From positions 126,517 through 190,516 of the forward strand of contig QPGO01000075.1 of NCBI GenBank assembly GCA_008632985.1: a DNA stretch of 64,000 nucleotides. The letters run 5' to 3'. The DNA comes from Psammoneis japonica (lineage: Eukaryota). Shown here piece after piece: positions 37,984 to 51,700 of the stretch (within the stretch, counting starts at the first letter, position 1; every line of letters begins with the position of its first letter). The translations under genes and the position numbers were made by a program. The notes below the pieces were generated by a model. The model had not been told where the DNA came from and searched no databases. It saw only the letters and a program-made list of their open reading frames with translations.

Positions 37984-38823
37984 TCAGTCCCATTTCCACT
38001 TGCTGGCATATCCAAGGACATGGACGTATGACTTTTGCTCGGGAGAAAGTTCGTCCCAGTACCCGAGTTCGGGCCACTCCTCGTTATCCCAGATTTCTTG
38101 GGTAAAGCCCAAAGCAGTGGCTGCTTCTTGGACTTCTTTGGGATATCGGCCCAATACTGTTTGTTTGATTTGAAAGTCGAAAGACGAAATTTGGCAAGGA
38201 TACATGGGGACGGATCTTATATAGGAAACACTTAAGAAGAACCAACTTTACTTACCTTATCCTCGTACTTTTCGTCCCATGCACTCTGATCCCAGCCAAG
38301 TTCTATGACTGCCTCTCGTTCCTCTTCGCTAAGTTCGGACCACCAGCAGTCCTCGCAGTTCGGCCAGCCTTCATTACTGTCCCACGACTCCTTGGTGAAG
38401 CCGAGGGTTTCGACAGCATCTCGGGCCTTCTTGGGGAGGTTGTCGAACTCAACGTCCTCGAATTTCGTCGCCTTGCCAGTAAATTTGCTGCGTAAGCAGA
38501 GACGTAAGGAAGTAGAATGATGGTCTGAGGACACAACGAACGAACAACAAAACAAGGCTAGCAAGAGAGCAATTCTTACTTACGTCACAGCGTTCTTCTT
38601 GCTAATCCTCATGTTACCAAAGCTCTTGGTAGGAGTATCGCCGTTGTTGGGGCTTTGCTCCGGGCTTGGTGTTGTGAGGGCGAGAATGAGGGCGAGAATC
38701 ACCTGCTCCTTCCGTCTTTTTTTTATGCCCAAATTTGATCTTGTTGTTCGTCACTGGGTGACCCGGCTTCTTCTTTTCATCGTCAGAAGAGTCATCATCC
38801 TTCCTTCTGTGACCGAACACCAT
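37984..38823 (-). CDS. Small intron-containing hypothetical protein with W..L...E..A...LG....WD repeats
   Basis: MVFGHRRKDDDSSDDEKKK start; exon pieces TLGFTKESWD, ELGWDQSAWD, ALGFTQEIWD and YWDELSPEQKSYVHVLGY; minus-strand donors at about 38582 and 38255. Confidence 0.65.
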
Positions 38824-39433
38824 GGTTGAAAGATGCGTTCGACTTAGTGCTGTTTTCTGTCCCGTTTTTTGAGTGCCTCTGTTTTCATCGCCGTTCTCCG
38901 TTCTGCGTGGCGAGTGGATTGGATTTCGTGGAAGATGGTTTTCCGGTTGGCAAAGATACCGACGAAAAGCGCGCCCAATGAAATCAGTCGTGGACACGTA
39001 TGAATTATTCGTTTACAATGAATTGGATAATACAATTGCTTATTGATTTTATATGTTAATGTATTTGAAATTAAATTATCGCTGTAACTCGCCAAACGCT
39101 TGAGCTTTGAGCTGACTTGAGAGCATTGCTCACCTCGAAAGCGGCGTTTTGGCTCTGTTTCCATCTGTGATTGGCTTCGAGAAAGCGATTTTGTATCAGA
39201 CGACTCGTTTTCTGCCAGCTCCACCCTTCACCAAACTTGTTTCCAGGCCATGCGCCAGTTCGTTCGGTCTGATGTCTGGCCGTACGATGCTCTCTAGTAG
39301 CTGAGCTGACCACCAGCACAAGGTTAAAAAAGAATGAGAGGGTTTACGATGCGACGGGCGGACGTGCGCGCAACAGAAAATTCCTCGCGGAGTGTTGAGT
39401 GTTGAGCATTGAGCATGTACCGGTACCGCACCG

Positions 39434-40282
39434 GTGTCACGAGTTCGAGTTTTGTGTTGCCAATTGCGAGTGTCGTTCTTCTATCCCGCAAGTAAAGAAG
39501 CCAGATATCGTTTCGAGATACGATTGCTCTCTCTTTTTCTTGTTTCTGTGTTGCCGCACTTGCGAGTGTTCTACTTTCTCCTTTCTGTTTTTAATCCTGC
39601 AATTTACAAGGGAAGATTCATGACTCTCGGAGGAGGAACTCTGTCCTTTATCCCTTCCAGTACTTCTTTGGTGAGATTGGGATCCCAGAATGCAATTCCA
39701 AAAGCAGTTCCACCTGCTTTGCACGCCCTACCTTTTGTAGAAGAAGCAGTGGCGACTATCGCTGCTTCCAATGGAAATCACGCGGTGCCGGACCCGCTCA
39801 CGTTTTGCACAACGATTCTTTTGGTAACGGGAAGCGATATGGTGCCTTTTGTTCCATGCCAACCTCTCGCGATAGCATTGGGATCACGCATGGGCTTCTG
39901 GGCCTTCCCCATTTGTGTGCTGGGACAAACTTTTGCCGGCTTGTTGGCCTTTCTGTCGGCGAGATCAGCGGCTGACTCAAAGCAAGTTCAATCTATTCTT
40001 AGCACTCTAGGACCAAAGGCGAAGGCGAAGTTTGAAGACTTTCGAAAAATAGGATCGGCGACGGCTTCAGAAGAATTGACCGTTCTAGCTGCCTTGATCG
40101 GACTACGAATTGCTCCTTTCTTCCCTTTTTCGGCCGGTAACTATCTTCTTGGAGGGGCTACTGGTGTTGGAGTACGTCCTTTTATTATTGCTACTGTGTT
40201 AGGATGCTTGCTAAGCAACTTTGTCAGCGTCGGTATTGGTATGGGTGGCTCGGAAATATTGCTACGCGGCATCAAATTCTAG
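39434..40282 (+). CDS. VTT / SNARE-associated Golgi (TVP38/TMEM64/DedA-like) membrane protein; start uncertain (an ATG at 39620)
   Basis: PFVPCQPLAIALG, GQTFAGLLAF and GLRIAPFFPFSAGNYLLG DedA/VTT motifs. Confidence 0.8.
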   Translation: MSRVRVLCCQLRVSFFYPASKEARYRFEIRLLSLFLVSVLPHLRVFYFLLSVFNPAIYKGRFMTLGGGTLSFIPSSTSLVRLGSQNAIPKAVPPALHALPFVEEAVATIAASNGNHAVPDPLTFCTTILLVTGSDMVPFVPCQPLAIALGSRMGFWAFPICVLGQTFAGLLAFLSARSAADSKQVQSILSTLGPKAKAKFEDFRKIGSATASEELTVLAALIGLRIAPFFPFSAGNYLLGGATGVGVRPFIIATVLGCLLSNFVSVGIGMGGSEILLRGIKF

Positions 40283-40435
40283 CAAGAAATGCCCACTGAT
40301 TTGAGAACCGACGACTACAACTCCTCTTTTACTAGCACCGCGCCCTGTTCCCCGTCCCATTCAACGCAATCTTCATAAATTATTTAAAAACGCAGCATGC
40401 AAGGTAGAATTGTAAGGATAGCATCTAAGCACAAG

Positions 40436-43400
40436 TTAAAATTGCAACGACGTTCGTGAGTGACCTCGCGGCCCCGGTGTAGGCGTCGTTGGCGTCTGAG
40501 GTAGTTCGCCAGAAGTTCTCGTTTCCAATTTCGTGGGAAGCAATGGCTTCGCCTGCTGTGGCGGAGCAGAAGCAACGGTACGAGGCGGCGGCATTACCGC
40601 TGGCGCCGGAGGTGCAATCAGAGTTGGAGCCACACTACCCCACCAGCTGACTTTCTGTGCTCCGTCCTGTATTACTTGGTAGTCATTCTCATCAAACTGA
40701 TGCCACAAAAGTAACAAGAGATTTAGCATGACGATGGTTTAATACCAAGCAATGAAGTACGACACACAAACGGCTTACCTGCAGCAGAGTCGCAAGTACC
40801 GGTAGTAGTTGTGCTCTCTCACTGGACCCTGGTGGCTTGGAGAGGTACTGAACCACGATACTCTTCAGATAATCAATGTTGACATCCTCCCGTCTCCTGA
40901 CGCGACAAAGCTCTTCGACTTGGCCCTCAACTTCGTGAACGTTGAACTCGGCTGATGCAAGGTCGCCATCCCGAGCAAGCAGCTTCTCTGTCAAACGCTC
41001 CACAACCTTATCCCTGATTTCAATTTCTGTCGCTGCAACAGATTCCCTATTGCTCTGTTTGGCAGCAAGTTCAAAAATACGCCGATCGCTGAGAGTACCC
41101 TTGTCCAGTTCATCTTGTAGACCTTTGACAGTTTTTCTGAGCTCAGCGACCTCGGCTTCCCTTTCCTTTATAATCTTCTGAGCTGCCGCACTCTTTCTAG
41201 CCATTTGTTGCTGCATAGACTGCATGTCACGTTGAAGAGTCTCGACAGCTCGGGCTTTCTTCGCGTCCATCCCCTTTGCAGCCGAAGCTAGAGACTCAGA
41301 TGCTGCCTTCCTTGCCTTGTTGGCTTCTACCAGAGCAGCTTCCGATCGTTTAAGCTGGTCAGTTGTGCTTTCAATAATCTCGTCCTTTTGACTTATCTCG
41401 TACAGAGCCGCTTCGAGCTTTGCCACAGTCTTGTCCTGCTCCTCGCTAACTTCTGCAAGCTGTTCTTCGAGCATGCCAACCATTGCCGTTCGCTGACCGT
41501 GAGTTCTTTCGCTTGCTTCCTTTTCGGTTTGAAGTCTAGAAAGCATGCTGCTAGTCTTGGATTCCTCCAATTTCAGCTTATTGACTTGGTCGCGTAAAGC
41601 AGCTAATTCTTTCTCCGTTGCATCCAGCTTTGCTTTCTGCTTTGCGGCTATCAGCAGCTTTTCCTCCTGCGCCTTTTGGTCTTCCGTCATTGCATCGAGG
41701 CTTGCGCTGAGCGCATTCAACTTGCTACTCAGCTCCTCAACTTTCAGAGCGCTTGCATCCCTTTGCGAAGTAACGTCGTCGAGCTGTCTTGTTAAGTCAG
41801 CCTTCGTCTTTTCAAGGGCTTCCTGCTGTTGCAAAAGGGAGGAGGCTGCCGCCGAGCTACTAGTAGCAGCCTCTTCCATTTCCTTCTTTTGCATTTCAAG
41901 TTGTTTCTCCACATCGTTCTTGGCCTTATCTCGGATTCGAGTTTTCCCTTCAACTGATCCTTTTCGTCCCGTGCGGTAGTAGCTGCAGCAATTGCAGACT
42001 TGAGCTGAGCAACTAGCTTGCCGATTTTTTCTTCTTTGGATTTCAAGCCAGCCTCCATTTGGGATTTCATTTTGGCGTGCGACTCCTGGACAGCCTTAAA
42101 CTCGTCCTGGAACAATGATCGAACTTCCTCGGTTTGACTCTCCATCATTTTCGTGAGTTTAGCCTTTTCAGATTCATGCGAGTCGGCCATAGCTTTCAGC
42201 TGCTGCTCACGTTCCGCTTTCATTTTGTCCGCCAGCTTCCTCTTCTCAACCTCTGACCTAGCTATCGCATCCGAAAGTTCTTTGCGCAGCGCCGTCGCTA
42301 CGATCTCGTTTTCCGCCTTGACGATGTCTAGGCTTTTCTGTTTCTCGGCCTCTACTTCTTCAATTGCCGATGCATGTTGCGACTCAAGGTTCTTTAGCTT
42401 CTTTTCCATTTCTTCGTGGCTGCATGCACAGCAGAATCGTGATTCTGAGCTTCCGCGAGCTGAGCTTCCAAGCTTGAATTTTTCTGCCATTTCTGATTTC
42501 AAGTTTTCAACAGCCGTTGAATGCTCTTCCCGAAGAGTTGCCACTTTCGCTTCAAACGACGCATCCATATCCCGACTGTTGTTTCTCTACTACTTTCAAC
42601 GTCCTTTAGCTTTTGCTCGTATTGAGCTCTTAGTTCTTCCTCTCTGGAGGCATGATCCTTCTCCATCTGTTCAACTGTTGCTTTGCCTTGTTCTTCGATC
42701 GCATGGATTTTCTTACTGCTGGCTGCTTTCAGTTTCTTACGAGCTCAACTGCCATCGATTGCTTTTTCGTCGCGGCCTCTAACTTCTCTTCATAGTCCAA
42801 TCGAATGGTTCCAATCTCTTTTCTTTTTCCGTCGCTACGGACATACGAGCCTCTTCAATCTTCCCAGCCACCTCAGATTCGGCCATATTTATCTTATCTT
42901 GCAGTTCTTTGAGTTGTGCTTCGTGCTGGGCTTTCATCGACTCCATGCCGCCTTGAGATCCATCCTTAGTCTTCTGGACGAGTGCTTCGACTTCGGAAAT
43001 CAAGGACGTCCGTCGTTCTTCTGCAACTTCATTCATCTTTTCCACGTGAGTTTCCAACCACTGGCGATGTTCTTGACTCTTGCTAGCGAGTTCGGAAGAA
43101 AACGAAGACTGAAGGTTCCCAACAGCAGAGGAGCTCGAGGCTACCGCGGATTCAATTTCTTTCTTCGACGCCATGAGCTCCTTCTTCAGTGATTCTCCAA
43201 CAGCCTTCATCGATTGAAATTCTTGTTCAACACCTGACACGGTAGATTCTGTCTTGGTTTGAAGGCCTGATATGAATTTCTGCAACTCGTCGAATTGTGA
43301 CTTCAGATTCGCATATTGCGCTTGAGCTGCTTCATTCGACGATGATAGTTGGCTCTGTTCGTTTTCCTTCGAGCGTAATCTCTCCTCGAGGCTCCTTACT

Positions 43401-46400
43401 TCCTTACTTTGGGTTTCCTTAAGAGAGGATATTTCGTCTTGGTGGCTTGACTCCACATCAGCAGCCTTCCTTTCTGCCTGAGAAAGTTTCGATGTCAAAG
43501 CTTCTTTTTCAGCGGAGAGAGTGGAAGCGTTTGCGTTGAGTTCGTCAAACTTCGCCTTGGCCTTCGCCCTCAGATCATCGAGACTCTTCTGTAGAGCATC
43601 TCGTTCGCTAGAAAGGGTTGCCTCTCTTTCCGCAAGAGCTTTCTCTGCGCTTCTTCTTTATGCTTCATTTCTTCCTCTGCCTTTGCAACTCTTGTTTCAT
43701 TGGCTGCCAAAGATTCCTTGAGTACCGAAAGCTCTTTCGTGGCAGCGGCAAGGCTATCTCCTGTTTGCTTCAGCTTCTCGGAAGTCTCGGTATATTTCTT
43801 CTCCAACTCTTGCCTTTGCTTTGCATCGTTCTCCTTGTGCGTTTGGAGGATCTTGTCGAAGGACTGCCGTTGCTTAGCCAATGAATCTTCTAGCTGCTTT
43901 TTCGACGAGGCTTCGCCATCCTTGGCTGCCGCCGCCACAGCCGCAGCATCCTGTGCTGCCGCTCTGCACGAGCCTCGATTTCTGCGAGCTTCGATTGCGC
44001 TTTTTCTTCACGACTTTTCGACTGTTCCGCCTCTTCTTTCATCTTGGAAACCTCTTGGCGCATCGTGTCGAGTTCTCTCTGTGACTCTGCGCTTGCTGCT
44101 TCCAAGCGCGATTTAGCATGCGCCTCGCTATCGGAAACGGCTTTTTGCAGGGCTTCGGCAGAGGCTTGTCGCATTTCACTAATTTCCGTCTTGACACGTT
44201 TTTCATCTTCGAGCTTCATCTGTTCAAAGCGAGATTCAAGATCCTCCTTTACCTTCGAGACCGCTTCCTCACGATTAGCGGAAGCCTGCTTCATTGCTTC
44301 GTCAAGTTGTGCTTTTGCAGCCTGCGCTGATTCGGACTGGATCTTTGCCTTCTCTTGTGCGAATTCTTTCTGGAGGCGTTGAATCTCATCCTTGTGTTTC
44401 GCCGCCGCCTCTTCTCTCGCACGCGCCACCTCTGCGTCCTTACTGTCGGCAAGTTCACTCTGAATGCCCCGACTTCGGCTTTCAATCTCCTTCTTGAACT
44501 CTTCCTCCCGAGCCGCAGCCTGCGCCGCCATGGTTGCTTTTGCATTTTCCATATCTTTCGCGTGGCTCTGTTTCATGGCGGCAACGTCAGATCTCGCCGT
44601 TTCCAGTAAACCGTTGGCTTCTTTGAGTTGATTTGAAGTGTCAATAAGCTGGCTATTGACTTGCTCCAACTGCTGTTTAGACTCATTTCGCAATTGCTCT
44701 AGTTCCTGCGCCTGTACCTTTTGCTGCTCCTGAAGTTTCGCTTCCAATCCTTTGCGGCTGCCTGCTGCGACTGCTTCGCCTTTTCGAGTCCCTCGTGTCT
44801 GCTTTCCAATTCCTTCTTCAACTCGGCTTCACGAGCGGCAGCCTGCTGGGTCAAAGTGACCTTGACACTCTCGACGGACTCGGCATGACTCTTTGAAGCT
44901 GCTTCCATTTCGGACGTTTTCGCCTCGAGCGCGCCTTGAGCCTCCTTGAGCTGTTTCATAGTAGCGTCCAACTGGCTTTGAACCTGCTCGACTTGCTTGG
45001 CCGCTTCACTCCTTTCTTGCTCCAGTTCTCGAGCATGAGCAGCCTGCTGTTCCTCAAGTTTGCTGGATAGCTGCTTGGTTGCCTCTTGGCGAGATTGCTC
45101 AGCTTTGACAACACTTTCGCGATTTTCAATCTCCTTCTGTAGCTCTGCTTTATGCGTCGCAGCTTGCTTGGTCATGGATGCCCGGGCTGCTTTCACAACC
45201 TCCTCGTGTTGTTTGGTGGCAGTGCTCATTTCAGTACGCGTCGATTCCAATGCCGCCTGCGTCTCTTTTAGTTGATTCATAGTATCGTTCAACTGGCTTT
45301 GAAGCTGATTCGTTTCCTTGTCGTTTCAGCGCGGACTTTTTCCAACTCCTCGGCGTGAATCCTCTGTTGCTGTTGGAGTTTAGTCGCAACCGCGTCCTCT
45401 TGTTGCGACTTGCGTTTCTCCATTTCGGACTTGAGCTCTGCTTCCCGTGCAGCCGCTTCCTGTCCCGACGAGGCCTTGGCCGCCTCTATTTCTTGCAAAT
45501 GCCGCTTGTTGGCGCTTTCGAATTCGGCTCTAGTTGATTCGAGCGCAGCCTGTGTCTGTGTCAACTGAGTCGTAGTGGCAGCCAATTCGTCTCTAGCTTT
45601 TCCAAGCTTGACGACATTTCAGACCGTGCCTTGTCCATTTCTTGAGCATGCGCAGCTGTTGCTCCTGTAGCTCTGTCGCGAGCGCTTCCTGCATTTCCTG
45701 TTGCTTCTTTTGCAGCGCTTCTGTATCCTGCTGGGAATTCGCCTTCTCGCCTTGGATGCGGGTTAGCTCAAGCTGGTAAGACTTTTTCAGTTGCTCCATT
45801 TGTTCCAAATGAGAAGATTCTGCAGCATTGACAGCTTCTGTAGTGGCTCGTTCCAATTTCTCCTTGTATTCTTGAGCAAGCTCCTCACGAATACGCTTGA
45901 TAGTCTCCTCAGTTTGCCCCTGAGATTTCTGCATGGATTCCAGTTGCGCCGCATGTGCCTTATTCGTCTCCTCCAATTTGGCCGCAACGGCAGCTTGGAC
46001 CGCTTCCTCCTTTTCCTTTTTGAGCTTTTCCAGTTCCACTTGTCGTGCGGCTGCCACTTTCTTCTTGAATACTTGGAGCTGTGCGGCGGCGGCCTTTTTC
46101 AATCGATCCATCTCGGCTGCGTGTTGTTCGTTTGTGGCGCTACCGTTTTCCGTCGGTACAGCAGCAGCAGCGGATAGTTCTCCTTTTGTTTCTCCAATGC
46201 TTCCACAGCCTTTTGTTGTTGTGCCTTTAGCGCTTCTTGATACTTGCAGCCAGCTGTTTTTCAATTGAACCAATTCCTCCTGGTGGGTTTTTGCAATTGT
46301 TGCTTTGCCTTCCCCACTCCCCAGCAGTCTCATTCGCAGCAGTCGCTTGCGCCGCCTCCTTGGCTTTCTCCACTTGAGCCTGGCACTTTAGAGTCATTAC

Positions 46401-47120
46401 TTGATATTCCGATTGCAACTCGTGCAACGCTGACGAGTTTCGCTCTTCCGCTTCTCTCCACAGTGCTCGTAGCTGTTCGACTTGATCCTTGTCCTCTTGA
46501 ATCGCAGAATCATCCGCATTGAGAATCTCATCCTTGACCAGCGCCAAGAGCCTTCCTTTATCATCCTCGGCTACCTTTACCTGTTCTGTGAGTTTGACCC
46601 GTAACGATGATAAAGCCTTTACTTTTTTATTCATCTTTTGCAGTATATCGAGCAACTCCTCCTTGCTGACATTGTCGGGCGTCTTATTGGCGGGAGCAGC
46701 CCCACCCGGTGCGCTGTTGTTTGCTGATGCCGTGACTGCCTCATCATCCGGTGCTGCTACTGGTGGTTGCTTGTTGGTGGCGTCCCCATTGATGGCTGTA
46801 GCATCGTTTGATTTTGAGCTCGTATCAACGGCAGACGAACTTGCTGCTGCTGCGGAGGCCTTGCTTCCAAGCTCTCCTGCCTGTTGTCGAAGCGACTCTC
46901 CCAATCGTCCTAATTTCTGACCAAATCCAAAACCACCGCCGCTCTACACAAACGAGAAAATATGCGTACGAGTTATTAGAGATATGGTTGATATTGTTAT
47001 GCCAGTATTCCCACTCAAATCAAAACATCGACGCAACGGAAACGGTATGCAAAAAATACCTCCGATTTTCTTTTATTTTGACTCTGCCTTCACGATACTC
47101 ACCTTTTCATTCGACGACAT
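40436..47120 (-). CDS. Giant coiled-coil golgin with C-terminal GRIP domain (at least 2 introns; many 1-nt frameshifts)
   Basis: Consecutive E/K/Q/A-rich coiled-coil ORFs from 46904 to 40692. GRIP reads DVNIDYLKSIVVQYL...ERAQLLPVLATLLQ, then an intron at about 40699-40779, then FDENDY...SWWG. A short first exon MSSNEK at 47120-47103 is followed by a gtgagt donor. Confidence 0.8.
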
Positions 47121-47611
47121 TCTTATATGAGCTCTATGGTGTGGTGTGGCTGTCGAGTCTATTATTTCACCAGTTGCCTTGCGGCGCCGTCTCCCCGTCT
47201 TTGGTCAACGCCCGATCGTCTTTGTGTCCCTCGCATCGCAGAGCATAGAGCATCCATCGCACCCGAAGGAAATGCCTCGTGACGTCATCTTAACGGTCGA
47301 AAAATGTTGGTATTGTAGCACAGTTACGTAAGACCTACATACGTAATCTACTATACAAATTCCACGTACGACGACTTACGCCTGTCCGTCACTCAATGAC
47401 AACTGACCACTTCCCGAGAAAGCTTCACCGTACAAGTACCGATAGAGTCAAGAGAGTTATGTGTACAGTATCGGGACGGACAAAGCAATCTCTACCCCAA
47501 TACTTCATTGATTAAATTTTAGAAGCGACGTAGGATTTATCTACTTTTGAAGATAATAGAGAACAAGTGAAACTAGGGCCCTCATCGCAGCAGACATGCA
47601 CTGCTCCAATC

Positions 47612-48379
47612 TCACGCTAGCCGCTCTAGCAGGTCCTTCTTTTTACGTTCCAGCAACACTTCTTGTAAGAGCTTTTGTGCAGATGATGGATCTGAAGCCA
47701 TGGCTTGTGCGGCACAAAGTGTACTGGCCAAATCAATTTGGTTCTCCTCGGCAGGTTCATCGTTTGGTCTTTGGCGTTTGTATTCTTCTCGCGCTTCTTC
47801 AAGCGCCGCCTCGTTTTCCTCGGTGGCTTGTTGTTCAACTTCCAGCAATACCCCGTCTTCTTCATCCCTCCATCCATAGTAATCAGGCGTCAGCGTGGAC
47901 GGGTATTGATTGTGCCTTTGCTTACGTTTTGCTACTTTCGCAGCCTGTTTGGCAAACAACTCCTTGACACCCGGCAAATCCTTGGCTGCTCCAAAGTAGC
48001 GATATCCACCAGAACCCTCAATCGCTTCGTTTGGGTCCACAATTCTCCGTTTCTTCTCCAACGCTATATAATCGGGTCCGCCTAATTCCTTGATGCGCTT
48101 GTTCCAGTGATGCAATTCACGAAAACGTTTGTTGATTTCATCGTTCAAGTCTCGAATCTTGTGTTCCCCCAAACCGGGATTCTGAATGGACGAAATGTTC
48201 TTTGTAATTTCTCGTACAATCTGTCGTCTCCAGTATTCGGCATCGTGTAAGAACTCACACTGACTGGCCAAAAAGGGACGCTTCTGTCCGGCGAGAGCGG
48301 GGCGGGTTGCGTTTTGATCTTCACGCATCTTGACCCACTTGTTCATCATGTTTTGCGCCATTTCCTCCGGACGAGCCAT
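47612..48379 (-). CDS. ISY1: Pre-mRNA splicing factor ISY1
   Basis: MARPEEMAQNMMNKW, RPFLASQC, WRRQIVREI, IRDLNDEINK, ELGGPDY and GYRYFGAAKDLPGVKELF. Confidence 0.92.
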   Translation of the reverse strand: MARPEEMAQNMMNKWVKMREDQNATRPALAGQKRPFLASQCEFLHDAEYWRRQIVREITKNISSIQNPGLGEHKIRDLNDEINKRFRELHHWNKRIKELGGPDYIALEKKRRIVDPNEAIEGSGGYRYFGAAKDLPGVKELFAKQAAKVAKRKQRHNQYPSTLTPDYYGWRDEEDGVLLEVEQQATEENEAALEEAREEYKRQRPNDEPAEENQIDLASTLCAAQAMASDPSSAQKLLQEVLLERKKKDLLERLA

Positions 48380-48740
48380 GATTGAAATATGTATCTGTGA
48401 CTTGAAAGAAGCAAAGTAAAATAGATCTAAGAATGTTGCAGTAGTGCTGAATGATTTGGATTTTGCTGTTGTTGTCGGTTGTCGGTTGTCGGTGTTATGT
48501 TTCTCGCGCTTGGTCCGCGCGATGCTCGCGAGTGAGTCGACAAATTTGGTGTTGAGGACAGACGCGATGACTTTTTGCGCGGGAAAATTATGCCCCTCAC
48601 ACAAAAAGTTCAACGTCACGCATAATTCAGCACAACCAACATTGCATCGGAGGTGTTATGCCGATGAAAACGGGAGGACTGTCAATGCATTTGTAGATAT
48701 CGCATCATTTCAATTGACACGAGTGTCACTACTAGCAACC

Positions 48741-51700
48741 ATGGAGGCGGATCGTCGCTACTGTCTTCCAGAAGAATGGTTCCAGTCTTATTATTTCAAC
48801 ACTACTACGCGTCATCTTCAGTCTACTACTGAGTCGAATAATGAGGAGCCACTCGATGACAGCACAGTCTTGGTTGATACTCTTCTTGTATATGGGTCGA
48901 TTTTTGTGGTTGCCATGTTGGTTTTCTGTTGCGTTCGAATCCGATATCCAAAGACCTTCAACGTTCGTACTTGGATCGAGCCGCTCAAGTGTGATCTCGC
49001 TATGGAAGCGTCCACCTATGGTTTCGTTTCGTGGTTTTGGAAGGTTCGACGAGCGAGCTCGACGGAGATTCGGGAGCAATGTGGCATGGACTCGGCATGT
49101 TTGGACCGTATGTTTCTCTTTGGGATGAAGATTTTCTTGGTGGGAATGTTCAATTCCATTTGGCTCTTTCCAATCTATGCCACGTCAATTCCTGAAGATG
49201 TAGAACTGGATGCTGTGGCGAGATTATCCATTGCATATGTTCCTCCAGGTTCGGATCGTCTTATTGCTACTGTTCTGTCGACCTATATTATCTTTGGATT
49301 CACAATGTACTTTATCTTGCAAGAGTTCAAATGGTTTTCGACACATCGGCATGCCTTTCAGTCGGAACGTGAGCCACGAAATTACGCAATGTACATTCGA
49401 GGTCTTCCAGAGTACCTTCGATCGGACGCTGCGTTGAAAAAGTACTTCTCGCTGTTATTTACAGACGGTGTGCTGGATGCGCATGTGGCTCTAAGAATTC
49501 CAAAATTGGAAGCCAAGGTCAACAAACGGGAGGCTCTCGTCAGAAAACTTGAGCATTTGATCAATATTGAACAAATCAAGGGTGTGACGCCCATGACCAA
49601 AAGCATTACAGGAAAGCCAACAAATGAGGCCATTCCTGTAGCGGTGGAGGAGCTCACCCAATTAAATCAGGAAATTGCGGAAGACGTCACTGCCATGGAG
49701 GAGTTGAAGCTTCAACAAGATGTAGCACTCGAAAAGGAACTGCCTTTGGAATGGGCGCTCGTGAATGGCTGTGACGACGCGGAAGGGGACGAGTCGTCAA
49801 AGGGAGTGGGCATGCACCAGACCGAGGGGACGGGCGATTCTTCGGACGATGATGCAGACGCAATAGACCAGGCTTCAGCAAAGGAAGACATTTTCATGGA
49901 CGCTCAAGAAACTCTACCATTGGAGCATGCTCAAGAGGAGGAGGAAGCAACAAGTGAAGGTGTTGGGATGGAAAGCTCGCCAAAGGTAGAACAGGGCGAT
50001 ATTGTTGTGGACGCTAACGAAACAATAGAATCGGAGAAGGCTGTAGCGGAAAAGAAAGAAACACCTCCAGTTTTTAGATTTGATGGCTCGACGAGGAACG
50101 TCGTGGACAAGTTGCAGACATCAGTGTCGCATTTTTCTGAATCCGTCACCCACTCTGTTCAGAAGGGCGCCAACCTAGGCGTAACGTCAAGTAAGAAACT
50201 CGCAAAGAAGGCAAAAGAGGGAATTACAACTGGCGCAACAAGCGCGTTGGCATTGGTGCGGGGAGAAGAGGAAGGGTCACCACGGGATGCCGGTTTTGTC
50301 TATTTCAGCAACCTTCATTCCAAGCAATCCGCCTTGCAGGGGATTCATCATTCAACGCCGTTCAGCATGGATGCGTATGATGCACCCGATCCAGAAAACG
50401 TGTTTTATAGAAATGTTGGAAGGAGCTCTCACGAGTTGCAGACGGGTAGGCTCCTCGCTATTGCACTGACAGCTGCCCTTCGATTGTCATGGACAATTCC
50501 AACAGCATTTATTTCGTCCTTGAGCAATATTGAATCTCTGGCACAGGAGATATCATGGCTTGCCGATTTGTTGGAGAAACAACCATGGCTCTCCACCTTC
50601 TTCAAAATTCTTGCCCCGCTCCTTCTCATTCTACTCAATTCTTCATTGCCCACCCTACTTGAGTGGATTACGCTTGTGGAATTTCCGCTTTCACAGGCTG
50701 CGCAGGTTGCCCAACAGTTCCCAAAACTTGCTTCTTTTATGATCATTCAAACTTTCTTCGTGTCTGCTGTATCAGGAGGGATTTGGGCTGAAATTCAAAA
50801 TATTGTCAATGACCCCGCAAGCATAATTGATTTCTTGGCGACGTCACTTCCGGGGCAGTCAACCTATTTTATACAGCTTTTGTTGGTAAAGACCTTTGTT
50901 GGCTTGGCTATCGAAATGCTTCGATTCTTGCCACTCTTCAAGGCAGCCCTGCGACGCTGTCACGGCCCCAACCTTACCAAGGAGGAGTCTTCTCGCAGGT
51001 TGTATGGCTTTTTGCGTCCACTATGCGACCCTCTTTGGCTTCTACACGCCGAAGTTGCCTCTGCAAACGTACTCTACACGATGGTGTTCTTTGTCTATTC
51101 GTCAACGGCGCCTCTCGTTAACTGGTTTCTCATGTTTTGCTTTGGAATCTTATGCTTGTGTTGGAGGTACGAGTACTTTTGCAACTACCCAGTAAAGCCA
51201 GACACGGGCGGCAGAATTTGGATCACTTTCATGGGAATTGTCAGAGCACAAACCATCATTGGACAGCTGACCCTCCTGGGTATACTTGGATTCAAAAGAA
51301 AGGGATGGGCTATCCCGCTGGTGCTTCCGCTGTTGATCGTAAACGTCCTTTTTAACATTTATATGGAGCAGAGGCACAAGCAGGTCGCCGAATTTCTACC
51401 TACAGAGGAGTGCTTGCGGGTCGATCTCAAGAATCGCGCTGAAGGCCAGGACGATTTTTCGTTCGTCACCAATCAGTACCTGCAGCCGGCTTTAAAGGCA
51501 AAGAACGAGGTCTACCCATATAACTACCAACATTCGCTTCACAAGGCGGGGGATGTTGAACTGGGTGTTTCATTGAACAGAGATTTCCATGTTGTGGAGA
51601 TTGATGATGGAGAAGGCGTAGAGGAGGAAGGGCACGGGGTTAACGAAGGAAGCGGCGAAAACTTGCCAATGGTCACTACTCCTATTACCTTATCGACTGG

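Noticed and set aside
40436..46950. Many frameshifts in the golgin (also the AT-hook, M11-1 and LRR genes) as programmed frameshifting or RNA editing
   Set aside because: They are scattered single-base indels with no shared slippery motif, in otherwise conserved-looking genes. Uncorrected long-read assembly error is more likely (an N also occurs in a G-run near 31708).
47612..48740. Apparent overlap of extended ISY1 (to 48619) and OSCA (from 48444) ORFs
   Set aside because: The extensions rely on upstream in-frame starts. The likely ATGs are 48379 and 48741, giving an ordinary head-to-head pair about 360 bp apart.
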